62,651 bases of DNA from a virus (Duplodnaviria; Caudoviricetes): IMG/VR virus record IMGVR_UViG_3300044858_004015, positions 1-62,651 of that record, one strand, 5' to 3'. Both the position numbers and the translations under genes were made by a program. This document shows, one piece after another, positions 54,165 to 62,651 of the stretch. How positions within the stretch are numbered: the first letter of the stretch is position 1; every line of letters begins with the position of its first letter. Below the pieces are notes generated by a model. The model ran no database searches, was not told the DNA's origin, and saw only the letters and a list, made by a program, of their open reading frames with translations.

Positions 54165-55633
54165 TTGTTAGGTTTGTGAAGTGAACTGGAAAGAGCCGCA
54201 AGAGCGCCAAAGCGATCCCCGGTGTGCGGTGATTGAAGACTGATCCGACCAATAGGCCCAGGGTCAATCGTGACAGTGCTAGCAAGCTTATTGAACGCTC
54301 CAGAGCTGGCGTCCACCTGATCGCAGTATTTCCATTCAGGAAATGCGGTCAACTCAGAAATATAATCTTCAGTCCACGGAGCCCGTAGAACGTGAACCAT
54401 TCCAGCTTCTGCTTGGGCAGCAAACGGCATCGCGCGAACGACCTTCGCTTCACCAGGTAGGCTTTCACCGTCGACAATGCGAAAACGTCGACCGGACACA
54501 ATATCACGAAAGACGCTATAGCCTGGCAGACGCTGAACCATCTGCGCCGCGACTTCCTTACCGGCCGAGCCACCTTCTTGCTCGAAATAAGTAATGACAT
54601 GCCCGCCGTACTTGCGGCCATCACTGGCAGTTACTTGATCGATAATCTTGTTTCTCTCGAGCGCGCCCCATCGCCCGCGAACCACGCTTTCGACATAAAG
54701 CCGCCCATCGAGATCCCGAGCCATCAGGACGCCCGCCGTATAGCAACCGCTATCCGGGCTAGCTGCGTTATCCCAGTAGCGAACCCGCAAAGCTTCCCTT
54801 GGCACCGAATCGACCAAATGAAACCATTCACGCCGAAACAGGAGCCCCGATATCTCAACGAATTCGCCTTCCAACTCTTGAGCCGCCAGCATCGTGCCGT
54901 AATCGCTGCGAATCGTTTCGTAGAAATCCGGAGGTAAAAACGGATTATCCTTGGTACTTGCGCGGACCAAATGCGTACCCGGCCGACGAACATAAGCCCG
55001 CCCGTTGATATGTTCCACCTGCCCAGACTCGGCCTTTTCGATCAAGGCCCTCCGAGCCTCTTCGCTCATTCCTTCGCCAAGGCTAGCGCCATCGCCGCCA
55101 AGGATTGACTCCACTGGCAGGTAAACCCGCTCGAACGTCCAATGCCGCGTGCCCTTGGGTGTGGCGGTGATCAAGATCGGACCCATTTTCCCGCGCCATC
55201 GAAGTGTCGGCCGTATCAGATCGTAAACGTCTTTCCGCATTACAGTGGCTTCGTCCAGCCACGCTCCAGCGTAGTTACCACCGCGAAGCTTCTCGGGTTT
55301 CTCGCCAGATCGAAAGACAAGCGAAGCTTTTCCACCGTCCATCGTTCGGAAGACAACCCGAGGAAATGGCGATCGAACGTCGCTGATGTATTGCCCGGTT
55401 TTCTTAGTGAAGTCGATGAACGTCGGAAATGACGTTTCGATCGCAACGCCATAGTCAGGCGCGACGCAGACCCACGATTCGTCGGTATGAGCATCCAGAG
55501 CGACTGTAGACGCTCCGATATACGTTTTCCCGGTCCCGCGCCCAGCGATGAACGCGCGAAGCTTCGAGTCCGACTGCCGGAACTCAGCTTGCTTTCCGTA
55601 GATCGGTAATGCCTGGCACTTGGTTGCAATCAT
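54113..55633 (-). CDS. terL: Terminase large subunit
   Basis: Walker A AGRGTGKT, Walker B AWLDEA, ITATPKG, nuclease YWDNA...DQVDA; start probably MIATK. Confidence 0.93.
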   Translation of the reverse strand: MIATKCQALPIYGKQAEFRQSDSKLRAFIAGRGTGKTYIGASTVALDAHTDESWVCVAPDYGVAIETSFPTFIDFTKKTGQYISDVRSPFPRVVFRTMDGGKASLVFRSGEKPEKLRGGNYAGAWLDEATVMRKDVYDLIRPTLRWRGKMGPILITATPKGTRHWTFERVYLPVESILGGDGASLGEGMSEEARRALIEKAESGQVEHINGRAYVRRPGTHLVRASTKDNPFLPPDFYETIRSDYGTMLAAQELEGEFVEISGLLFRREWFHLVDSVPREALRVRYWDNAASPDSGCYTAGVLMARDLDGRLYVESVVRGRWGALERNKIIDQVTASDGRKYGGHVITYFEQEGGSAGKEVAAQMVQRLPGYSVFRDIVSGRRFRIVDGESLPGEAKVVRAMPFAAQAEAGMVHVLRAPWTEDYISELTAFPEWKYCDQVDASSGAFNKLASTVTIDPGPIGRISLQSPHTGDRFGALAALSSSLHKPNKWENLPWNQNSDYVEHY

Positions 55634-55733
55634 CAAATCAACGTAGAAGCGTTTCCAAAATGTATCTACGCTAATTTTCGTTAAGCCCACAAATCACAAC
55701 GTTTTTAACACTCAGGAAAGGCAGAAGCCAAAA

Positions 55734-56738
55734 ATGGCAAAATTAGTAAACAACCGCGAGATTCGACAAGTGTTCATGGTTGCCGAAAACGAGCAATTGA
55801 AGTTTAACGCTACCAATGGCCCGCTGATCCATTGGAACGGATACGACGTGAAGGCTATCAGTGAAGAACTTTTCAATGCGTTGGTGAATTTGTGCAAGCT
55901 TTCAGCCACCGCCAGCGAAGACGTCCATGCGGAATCTCAAGAGGCAATTCTTGCGATCGATGAATTCGCGAAGTCATTTTCAGACTTCCAGACTCGGAGC
56001 GCCGCATACGATGTGACATGCCATCCATCAGGGACGCAGGAAATGTGGAACGCTTTTTACCTAGTCCGTAGGGCGATCTTCGAGCCGAGGGAATTTCGAC
56101 CAATCGAGTCCATTGACGTACTTTTGCACAGGCAAGGCGTGTCGCTCCAGCAGATCGCATTGATGTATGGTTTTGTGACCGCAGACGGATCGCGCGAAAT
56201 CCACAAGGTTGAAGAGGAACTAGCCGAGCCAGGTAAGCATACTGGCGGTGATTGGCTACCGCCTGACGAACGAAAATACCGCGACGAACTCGCTAAGCGA
56301 TGGTCAAAGCGAACCCCCAACCATGAATTCTTGGAATTTGGCGAAGAGCCCAAAGGCCGCGATCGCAAACGACCAGAAGCGCCCGAGTCGCTAGAAACCC
56401 TGATTTTGCAGCGTGTTTCCGTCGACCAGATCGCCGACATGAAGCCAAGCTTAACACGCGAAGAGATCGAACTGAAGGCAGCAGAAATGGGCGTCAACCT
56501 GCCCGGCGCCCAGTGGCATCGCCCTAGCGCCGCAGCCGCCGAGCAGGCCGAGAGCGGAGTGAGAATCCCGCCAGCAGGAGCAGCCGAATCGCCCGAACAG
56601 TCCGACAATGCGGGCTCGACAAAAGAGGTTGCCGCCTTCGTTCGCAATCTCAAGAACCAAAACAAATCCGCCGATGAGATCGCTGCTAAGGTGGCAAAGA
56701 AATTTCCCGGCGTCGATGTGTCCGGAATTTTAGGATAA
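55734..56738 (+). CDS. Hypothetical protein with HTH-like segments
   Basis: GVSLQQIALMY, VSVDQIADM; CAGGA SD. Confidence 0.65.
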   Translation: MAKLVNNREIRQVFMVAENEQLKFNATNGPLIHWNGYDVKAISEELFNALVNLCKLSATASEDVHAESQEAILAIDEFAKSFSDFQTRSAAYDVTCHPSGTQEMWNAFYLVRRAIFEPREFRPIESIDVLLHRQGVSLQQIALMYGFVTADGSREIHKVEEELAEPGKHTGGDWLPPDERKYRDELAKRWSKRTPNHEFLEFGEEPKGRDRKRPEAPESLETLILQRVSVDQIADMKPSLTREEIELKAAEMGVNLPGAQWHRPSAAAAEQAESGVRIPPAGAAESPEQSDNAGSTKEVAAFVRNLKNQNKSADEIAAKVAKKFPGVDVSGILG

Positions 56739-56754
56739 TTGCCGACAACGCAAC

Positions 56755-57378
56755 ATGCCTAAAGAATCGCCTGGCTTTATAACACGCAACAAGAACACCG
56801 CGCTAGCCAGGTACAACGAATGGAAGAGTACCGAAGCGCTTGCTGTAGCCCAGCAGGTCGCTTCGCTTTACCTCCAAGGGTGGTCGATCAAGCGAATCGC
56901 TGAGAGCCTACAGCTAGCAAGCTCTACAGTCAGTAAGTCGATCAGGAAAGCCAAGGACATCTGGCTGCGAGCCACCAAAGACGACTACGGCGCCCACGTC
57001 GCCAATGAACTGGCAAGAATCGCTACGGTTGAGACTGAAGCTTGGGAAGCCTGGCAGAACTCGAAGAAAGATCAAAAATCCCTATCAGTAACCACCGGCA
57101 AATTCCCTAGCAAAACTCGATCGCGACATAACAGCAACGGCGATCCGAGATTCTTGGCAGTCATACAAAAATGCACCGATCAGCGAATGCGACTGCTTGG
57201 CCTTGGCGATCCGCAGGATGGCTCAGCCAGCAATCAGAATCCGCAAGTGGTCGAGGTTGTCATCCACACCAGAGCCGAGAAGGATGAATTCGATCGAATC
57301 ATGCCATATTCGCAGTTTCGCCAGCATCAGCAGCCACTGACGCTAGAGGGTGAAGTTGTGAAGACCGACGAAAATTAA
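56755..57378 (+). CDS. HTH protein, putative terminase small subunit
   Basis: LYLQGWSIKRIAESLQLASSTVSKSI, then helical ELARI...GDPRFL...RMRLLGL. Confidence 0.6.
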   Translation: MPKESPGFITRNKNTALARYNEWKSTEALAVAQQVASLYLQGWSIKRIAESLQLASSTVSKSIRKAKDIWLRATKDDYGAHVANELARIATVETEAWEAWQNSKKDQKSLSVTTGKFPSKTRSRHNSNGDPRFLAVIQKCTDQRMRLLGLGDPQDGSASNQNPQVVEVVIHTRAEKDEFDRIMPYSQFRQHQQPLTLEGEVVKTDEN

Positions 57379-57385
57379 AGCTGCA

Positions 57386-57407
57386 CGGCGCAGGCTGTAA
57401 CGTTGTT
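57386..57407 (-). repeat. 22-bp element, inverted copy of 10788-10809
   Basis: Reverse complement reads AACAACGTTACAGCCTGCGCCG. Confidence 0.85.
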
Positions 57408-57433
57408 CGGGACATATCGACAAGTCCCGACAA
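57403..57433. terminator. Hairpin between convergent genes
   Basis: TCGGGAC-n10-GTCCCGA extended by TTG/CAA. Confidence 0.4.
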
Positions 57434-57450
57434 TTCCTAAATTCTCGCTT

Positions 57451-57702
57451 TCATCCATCCATCGAGTCGATAGCCAGGTCAACGATTCTGCGAGCCATCG
57501 CTTTACTTGTTCCGAGTCTCATGTATCTTCTCACTGCTTTGATCAGGTTGTCTTCTGCACGCTCCAGCTTTGCTCGATCTTCTAAAATTTCTGGATCAAT
57601 TTCGCGATTCTGCATTTCCCGAAGCCTCCAGTTGTTCAACCGATGCTCGGCGACTTCATCGAGGCTAAAAACACGCCGAGTTAGCTCAATTCCTGTTTTC
57701 AT
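57451..57702 (-). CDS. Hypothetical protein
   Basis: Start probably MKTGIEL; helical. Confidence 0.55.
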   Translation of the reverse strand: MKTGIELTRRVFSLDEVAEHRLNNWRLREMQNREIDPEILEDRAKLERAEDNLIKAVRRYMRLGTSKAMARRIVDLAIDSMDG

Positions 57703-58261
57703 TTTGTAATCTTGCTCCGCTGGTTTTCCCAGTCTTAGATACCCTAAATTCCTTCGGCACATACTCGGGCATACGCCTGAGCTTCCATTGTATTTCCTTG
57801 GTGATCCTACCGCCAAGGGATTCGATCAACCTCCCGAGATCCGCAAACGTCGCGTCCTGCTCATGCCACAACGGCAGCCCGCGCTCGAGTCTCTGCCGGA
57901 GGACTTCAACCTTCTCTGGCGTCCCTGCAATCTCCTGAGTTGGCAGGAAATCTTTTTTCAGGTCCATCGCCGCGCCGGGCTCCCAGTCTACTAGATCATG
58001 CGATCCATTCGCACCGATCAGATCAAAAAACGAATTCAATTTTTTATCGATCCCCACAAGCCTGGATGGCCTGTATGTCAGATCCGCCGCATCGACCATC
58101 TTGACGACCGGATACATCGACGACCTATGCTTGTGGTTCCCAATCAAAACCCTGTTGGGCTCGACTGTGCGATTGACCATTAACACCACGATTCTTTTGT
58201 CCTGATGGTATAGCTCGTCCCCAACGTGTACCGGTATGGACTTCCTTTTCGCTTTTTTCAT
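57686..58261 (-). CDS. Hypothetical protein
   Basis: Contains PT..AGTPEKVEVLRQRLERGLPLWH, a motif I associate with planctomycete proteins (from recall, unverified). Confidence 0.6.
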   Translation of the reverse strand: MKKAKRKSIPVHVGDELYHQDKRIVVLMVNRTVEPNRVLIGNHKHRSSMYPVVKMVDAADLTYRPSRLVGIDKKLNSFFDLIGANGSHDLVDWEPGAAMDLKKDFLPTQEIAGTPEKVEVLRQRLERGLPLWHEQDATFADLGRLIESLGGRITKEIQWKLRRMPEYVPKEFRVSKTGKTSGARLQNENRN

Positions 58262-58778
58262 TTTTTTTCGTCGCTTGAGAAATTTGGACTAACACAGGAA
58301 ATTTTGCAACAACCTGAGCGTCTATGCTCGAACGACAACACCAGCACTGGTAGGCGATCCCACCATCCCTGCTGCAATACTCAACAAACCACCTCGAACC
58401 GCACTGGCCACATATCGGGGCCATAGCCGTTAGCGTAGCACGAGTCTCCGGATAGTCGACTGAAACTGCGCCCATGTCGATCGGCGCAATTCTGCGAGCC
58501 TCTATCGCTTGCTTAGGACCATCCCGAGTAGTTCGCCTGACCATCCACCGCGCAGCCGGCGGATCGCAATGCAGGCACCGCCAGGGGGCAGACTCGGAGG
58601 AAGGACCGCCAGGAGTAAGCATCTCCCAGCCCTCGGCACTTCCGCACTTCTCGCAAGTAAAGATCCCATCCCTATCGCTATCGCTGTCGATTTTCGGTTC
58701 CAGCTTTTTAGGATCTTTTTTTATGTCGTAAAATTTTGCTGAATCGAACTTTCCGACTAGGCCGCTTAGGAACGACAT
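58125..58778 (-). CDS. Zinc-finger protein
   Basis: CEKC...CLHC and CGQC...CWCC. Confidence 0.6.
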   Translation of the reverse strand: MSFLSGLVGKFDSAKFYDIKKDPKKLEPKIDSDSDRDGIFTCEKCGSAEGWEMLTPGGPSSESAPWRCLHCDPPAARWMVRRTTRDGPKQAIEARRIAPIDMGAVSVDYPETRATLTAMAPICGQCGSRWFVEYCSRDGGIAYQCWCCRSSIDAQVVAKFPVLVQISQATKKNEKSEKEVHTGTRWGRAIPSGQKNRGVNGQSHSRAQQGFDWEPQA

Positions 58779-58826
58779 AATTTTTTCTCCAAAAAAATAA
58801 AATCGAGTTTTTAGCTTAAAATTCGA

Positions 58827-59183
58827 ATGGATTCGATATCTGCCAAAATGGATTCGATGTTTTTAGGTATCGAAGCCATGTTTCACCCAATGAATCATTG
58901 AGGAAATGCGCCTTTGGCGTCGATGGATTCGATACTTTGACATTCCTCTTATATGTATGAAGCATTACTACTCACCTATTGTATTTTTATTTATTTATTT
59001 TTTATTTTTTTAATTTTTTATACTCTTACCTTCTACTACTCTCTCTACATGTAGAATAGTAAGAATATCGAATCCATCGAAGCCAAGGGCGCATTTTCCC
59101 AATGAAAATAAGGGTAAACTCTTGGCGTCGATATTTTTTCTATCGAGTCCATATCGAATCCATCGACGCCATATCGAGTCCAT
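58827..59183. promoter_or_regulatory. Putative replication origin: convergent iterons, a long inverted repeat and an AT-rich core
   Basis: ATGGATTCGAT at 58827, 58848 and 58923; inverse ATCGA(A/G)TCCAT at 59067, 59142, 59153 and 59173; ~47-bp imperfect IR 58895-58941/59059-59105; T-rich spacer ~58980-59022. Confidence 0.8.
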
Positions 59184-59239
59184 GATTTTTACTCCGACTG
59201 CAAATATTTTTTTATTTCGATCAAAAAATTTTTTCATTG

Positions 59240-61318
59240 TCAAAAAACTTCGCTATGCCCGTTTTTTACATTTACGCCGACGAAAATTTTATTTCTTGAT
59301 CCGTAATTTAATCTTCGTGTTTTTAGGTTTGGAATTACGTTTCTTAGCCTTCGGGCAAATAACTGAACTGAATCTTTTTCGTGAATACCATTAGCTGAAC
59401 ACCATCGCTTCCAAAAGTTAAACATTTCGATGACTTCGATTTCTGACGCTGGATCGCGATTACATTCTTCTTCGAGGAACACCGACATTGGGCTAGCCAC
59501 AGCCTTAAACGCTTCGATGACTTCCTGGCTGCTCTCGGGCTGTTCTATCCTCCCAGCGTCCACGAGCATTTTTAGACCGCCAAGAGCGTACAGAAACACG
59601 CCTGGCAACTCTGCTAGGATCTTGTCGCCAAGTTTGAGATCCTCTTTCCCTAGATAGCTGTTGCCCATGACTAGGATTAGGCATCGACTCACCAGCGCCG
59701 AGGAATCATCATTCAGCTTCGGTATTTGATTGGTGAATAGCATGAATCGAAGGTTCAGCTTCACCGAGCTGATTGGATTCATGAACTTACGATGGATATC
59801 TTGAGCGTCTTCCCCGACTATCGAGATCAGCCGTTCAGTGATAATGGTTGCGTCTACGCTACTTGGCAGCCTGGCTTCATTGATGATCGCCAGCGATTTT
59901 CCAAGCCAAGAGTGCATTTCGAATTTATCTGCCATACTCGCTAGGGTCGGATTGACTACGGTTTGGGCACCCCCGAGCAAAGCTTTCAACGTCCTGGAGA
60001 TCGTTCCCTTACCAGATCGCGGAGGCCCGATAACCATCATCATTTTTTGCAGATCAGTTCGCTGCGTCAGGCAGTAGCCGAACCACATTTGCAAGGCTCG
60101 CAGTGATCCTTGATCGCCGTCGAATACTTGGCTGAGGAACTCCATCCATCTTGGACATTTAGCTTCAGGATCGAAGTCGAAAGGCAGCTTGACCGTAGAG
60201 AACCAGTCTGACGTATGTGGCATTAAGCAATCTTCTGGCTCGCCGCCTTGGAATAGCTTATCGATATCGAGGACGCCATTTTCCATCGATACTAGTTGAC
60301 GCTTTGACTTGTCAGGCAGCCAGCATGGCATTTCTACGCTTCCGCTTAGCAGGCTCTTTGTCTCCATAGCTTTGATAGTGTTCTTAACGAGCTGCTCCGT
60401 TACTTTGGTAATTGGCTTTTGCTTGATTTCCTTTCCAGTTGCCTCCTGTTCGGCGATTCGTTCCGCTTCGCTTTCGCGCCACTGGTCTTCGAGATACTTG
60501 CGAATAGAACCATTTAGTTTGGCTTTTAACTCGAATTCTTCGATTTTTCGATACTGACCATCCCGATATCGCCACCACTCGCCAGTCCAAAACTTCAGTC
60601 CGCCATCGTATTCTTTGGCGTAGGACTCCAAATTCATTCGAGCTAGTCGATGCGGATCGTCGATCGCCTCGAATATTTCTGGATCGGAGTCAGGTGGTGT
60701 CAGTTCATTCTTGATCCCCGTATGGGTTTCGTATGGGTTTTGTAGGGTTTCGGAAGGTGATTCGCTTAGATCAATCACCGGTTGACCCTGAGCATACAAA
60801 AGCAACGATAGATAACTGTGAGCCCGAGCTTTCTCCAGCTCGAACCCGATCCCCATATATTTTGTAAGCATTGCCTCCAAAAAGTCTTCCAGGTCTTCGC
60901 CCTTGCTTTCGGATATCTCGGCCGGCAAGACGACGTTCCGGCATTCGTCGGCATACTTCGCGATGACTGGAGCCCAGCCAGGCCGCGATCGACCATTGCC
61001 GTTGACTACCTCGAGCGCTCCAGCTTGGCCCGGTTGGTCGCAGTCGTGAACGACGTAGACGATCTTTCCGCGAAACTGCTCTAGCAGCCATTCTTTGGTT
61101 TGGCCGGTAGCATCGATGCTGAGCGGATTTTCGCCAGCGCCGTGCTTGTTGGTCCATCCGTAATGCTCATGCGGATAGATTCTCTTCAGGTCGATCATGC
61201 AGGAAGCCAGAGCAGCCAGGTCCATCAAGCCTTCGGTCTTCCAGACTACTGGTAGATCGAGCAGGGCAAAATGATCGGCGTCAATTTCTTCGATGATCTG
61301 AATATTGCTAAGATCCAT
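59240..61318 (-). CDS. TOPRIM plus D5-like SF3 helicase (P4-family primase/helicase lacking the Zn finger)
   Basis: TEGLMD and VHDCD (TOPRIM); MENGVLDI and CPRWMEFL (D5_N); GPPRSGKGT; IINEA; FTNQIP. Confidence 0.9.
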   Translation of the reverse strand: MDLSNIQIIEEIDADHFALLDLPVVWKTEGLMDLAALASCMIDLKRIYPHEHYGWTNKHGAGENPLSIDATGQTKEWLLEQFRGKIVYVVHDCDQPGQAGALEVVNGNGRSRPGWAPVIAKYADECRNVVLPAEISESKGEDLEDFLEAMLTKYMGIGFELEKARAHSYLSLLLYAQGQPVIDLSESPSETLQNPYETHTGIKNELTPPDSDPEIFEAIDDPHRLARMNLESYAKEYDGGLKFWTGEWWRYRDGQYRKIEEFELKAKLNGSIRKYLEDQWRESEAERIAEQEATGKEIKQKPITKVTEQLVKNTIKAMETKSLLSGSVEMPCWLPDKSKRQLVSMENGVLDIDKLFQGGEPEDCLMPHTSDWFSTVKLPFDFDPEAKCPRWMEFLSQVFDGDQGSLRALQMWFGYCLTQRTDLQKMMMVIGPPRSGKGTISRTLKALLGGAQTVVNPTLASMADKFEMHSWLGKSLAIINEARLPSSVDATIITERLISIVGEDAQDIHRKFMNPISSVKLNLRFMLFTNQIPKLNDDSSALVSRCLILVMGNSYLGKEDLKLGDKILAELPGVFLYALGGLKMLVDAGRIEQPESSQEVIEAFKAVASPMSVFLEEECNRDPASEIEVIEMFNFWKRWCSANGIHEKDSVQLFARRLRNVIPNLKTRRLNYGSRNKIFVGVNVKNGHSEVF

Positions 61319-61342
61319 TTCAAACGTCCTGCTATTAAAAGA

Positions 61343-61639
61343 TTAAGCCAAAACCATATTGCCGCTCTCATCGCGAATTACGCCAACGCTAACACTTTCA
61401 AGCCATCGCGATCGGTTACTTGTGAATAGGTACATTGCAATTCCACCATCGCCAATGTTTCGGAATTCATGAATAAACCCATCGATTCCGATTAGGAATC
61501 GACCCCAACCATCAATTTGGAACGTCAGCGTCTCTTTCGATACGTCGATTAGTAGCACTCGATTAGCGCCAAAAAGCTGGTTAATTCTGTTGAATTGAGC
61601 AATCATCTCTTTTCCTTCTGTATTGAAAAACGTAAGCAT
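61343..61639 (-). CDS. Hypothetical protein
   Basis: ORF between the GNAT gene and the primase-helicase. Confidence 0.5.
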   Translation of the reverse strand: MLTFFNTEGKEMIAQFNRINQLFGANRVLLIDVSKETLTFQIDGWGRFLIGIDGFIHEFRNIGDGGIAMYLFTSNRSRWLESVSVGVIRDESGNMVLA

Positions 61640-62069
61640 CGCGATCGTTCTCGGTAAATGGGCTCTTCAGAACTCGAATAGCCCTCATGCCTGTAGACCG
61701 AAAAAACAATTGAGCCGCCAAATTGGTCTCGACAACATCTAGCAAAATCCTGTTGCGGCGATCGTTTAGTCGCCGAATCAGGCAGTCCATCATGGCGGTT
61801 CCGACTCGCATTCTTCTGACTGGAGTGTCCACCGCAAAATCGATCAAAACAGTTTGATTTTTATGCAGCTCATACAGCATGAATCCAGCGATCTTTCCAT
61901 TCATTTCAGCAACGGTTCCAATGCAATGTTGTTGCCTAAGAAAGACGCGAAAATCGGATTCTTCCCAGGGATAAGAGAAGCAACCTCGCTCGATCCTTAA
62001 AACCTCTGAGAGATCGCGAACTTTCATGAAACGTAGATTGATCGGGAAATAATTTCTAACGGTTTTCAT
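61581..62069 (-). CDS. rimI: RimI-like GNAT N-acetyltransferase
   Basis: DLSEVLRIERGCFSYPW...FAVD..VRRMRVGT...LDVVETNLAAQLFFRSTG...DAY; start MKTVRN at 62069. Confidence 0.8.
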   Translation of the reverse strand: MKTVRNYFPINLRFMKVRDLSEVLRIERGCFSYPWEESDFRVFLRQQHCIGTVAEMNGKIAGFMLYELHKNQTVLIDFAVDTPVRRMRVGTAMMDCLIRRLNDRRNRILLDVVETNLAAQLFFRSTGMRAIRVLKSPFTENDRDAYVFQYRRKRDDCSIQQN

Positions 62070-62524
62070 TTTTCGTCGCTCCAAAACCTACTCCAATCGC
62101 CTTAACTTTTAATTGCTCGTAACTTCCGTCAGCTTGCTTCGCGCCTGGTAGCGTTCGCTCTTTAAGGTTGTAGAGGAAATAGCCGATCGGCTTTCCTTCG
62201 CAGTCCACGCTTGGGACGGCCAGTACGGTGTATCGCTTCTTGCCTGGCTGATAGTAGGCGACGAACGCGCCTAAGACTCGCAGAGACTCAGGAGTGATCA
62301 GAGATCCAGATCGCCGCTTAGCGCACCACCAGGCGACGAGCTGTTGATTCCAGCCACCAGGGAAGGGTGTAATCTGCTCTTGGATTTTCTTCAGTTCTGA
62401 CTTGGCCTTTTCGACCTGCTTTCTCCGGAGTTCGTCGGATGAATGCGAATGTCCGTTGACTCCGATAGAGCCATTCAGGGTGCCATTCCCTGGCGGTTTA
62501 GCCTTCGAGTGACCATTGCGACTT
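62056..62524 (-). CDS. P4 alpha-type primase zinc-binding-domain protein, 3' part
   Basis: The frame stays open across the circular junction to TAG at 62056-62058 (...YTVLAVPSVDCEGKPIGYFLYN...KNENR*). Confidence 0.8.
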
Positions 62525-62651
62525 GGGCCGAGACCTAAATAGTCGCCGATCTTGCGAATCGCCTCACCCTGCTTGATGCCTAGATACCAGCAGATTACAT
62601 CGATTCCATCGCCCAGGCCCTTACCGCATTGATTGCAGATAATCGAGCCGT
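62525..62651 (+). repeat. Second copy of the 127-bp terminal overlap
   Basis: Identical to 1-127. Confidence 0.95.

Larger units (their letters stand above)
1..62524. mobile_element. Complete circular temperate phage genome (Caudoviricetes) with Mu-like head genes and an integrase/attP, in the excised form
   Basis: Terminase, portal, capsid, tail, integrase, intact attP and replication genes are all present; there is a 127-bp terminal overlap and a gene reads through the junction. Confidence 0.93.

Noticed and set aside
58827-59183. CRISPR array or mini-array
   Set aside because: Repeats are 11 bp, irregularly spaced and in both orientations; no cas genes
59010-59394. ORFs 59010..59243 and 59122..59394
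   Set aside because: Low-complexity translations of the origin repeats or antisense to the helicase

Overview
The window looks like a complete, circularly assembled temperate tailed-phage genome of about 62.5 kb. Bases 1-127 recur exactly at 62525-62651, and a primase gene reads through that junction. The host is probably a planctomycete; this is an inference from the style of the RimI-like, CsrA and integrase proteins. Layout: (i) a + strand early/recombination operon (1817-10789) with an unannotated csrA, a DEDD exonuclease, an annealing protein, SSB, two tRNA-like RNAs, RecD2, an ERCC4 nuclease, an RMF-motif protein and an excisionase; (ii) a tyrosine integrase next to an attP made of the 3' half of tRNA-Pro(GGG) plus arm-type repeats; (iii) a long - strand morphogenesis region with TerL, a Mu gp29-like portal, a 3549-aa polyvalent protein, protease/scaffold, cement, capsid, a gp36-like connector, duplicated tail-tube-like genes, a lysis-position cassette built on a papain-like protease, G/GT chaperones with a -1 frameshift, and tail/fibre genes; (iv) a P4-like primase-helicase split into two genes, followed by an iteron/AT-rich origin. 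Two candidate novel systems stand out. The first is an Erv1/ALR-like sulfhydryl oxidase gene (a family best known from eukaryotes and NCLDVs) placed directly after very cysteine-rich tail/fibre genes. The second is a head-associated giant polyprotein with a repeated module grammar ([RK]-Y-[SAQ] followed by WDESKHPR or WITIG), carrying LPD1-metallopeptidase, TGT-like and kinase payloads; the kinase module is bracketed by identical in-frame 30-bp direct repeats. All family calls come from motif recognition by eye, not from database searches.
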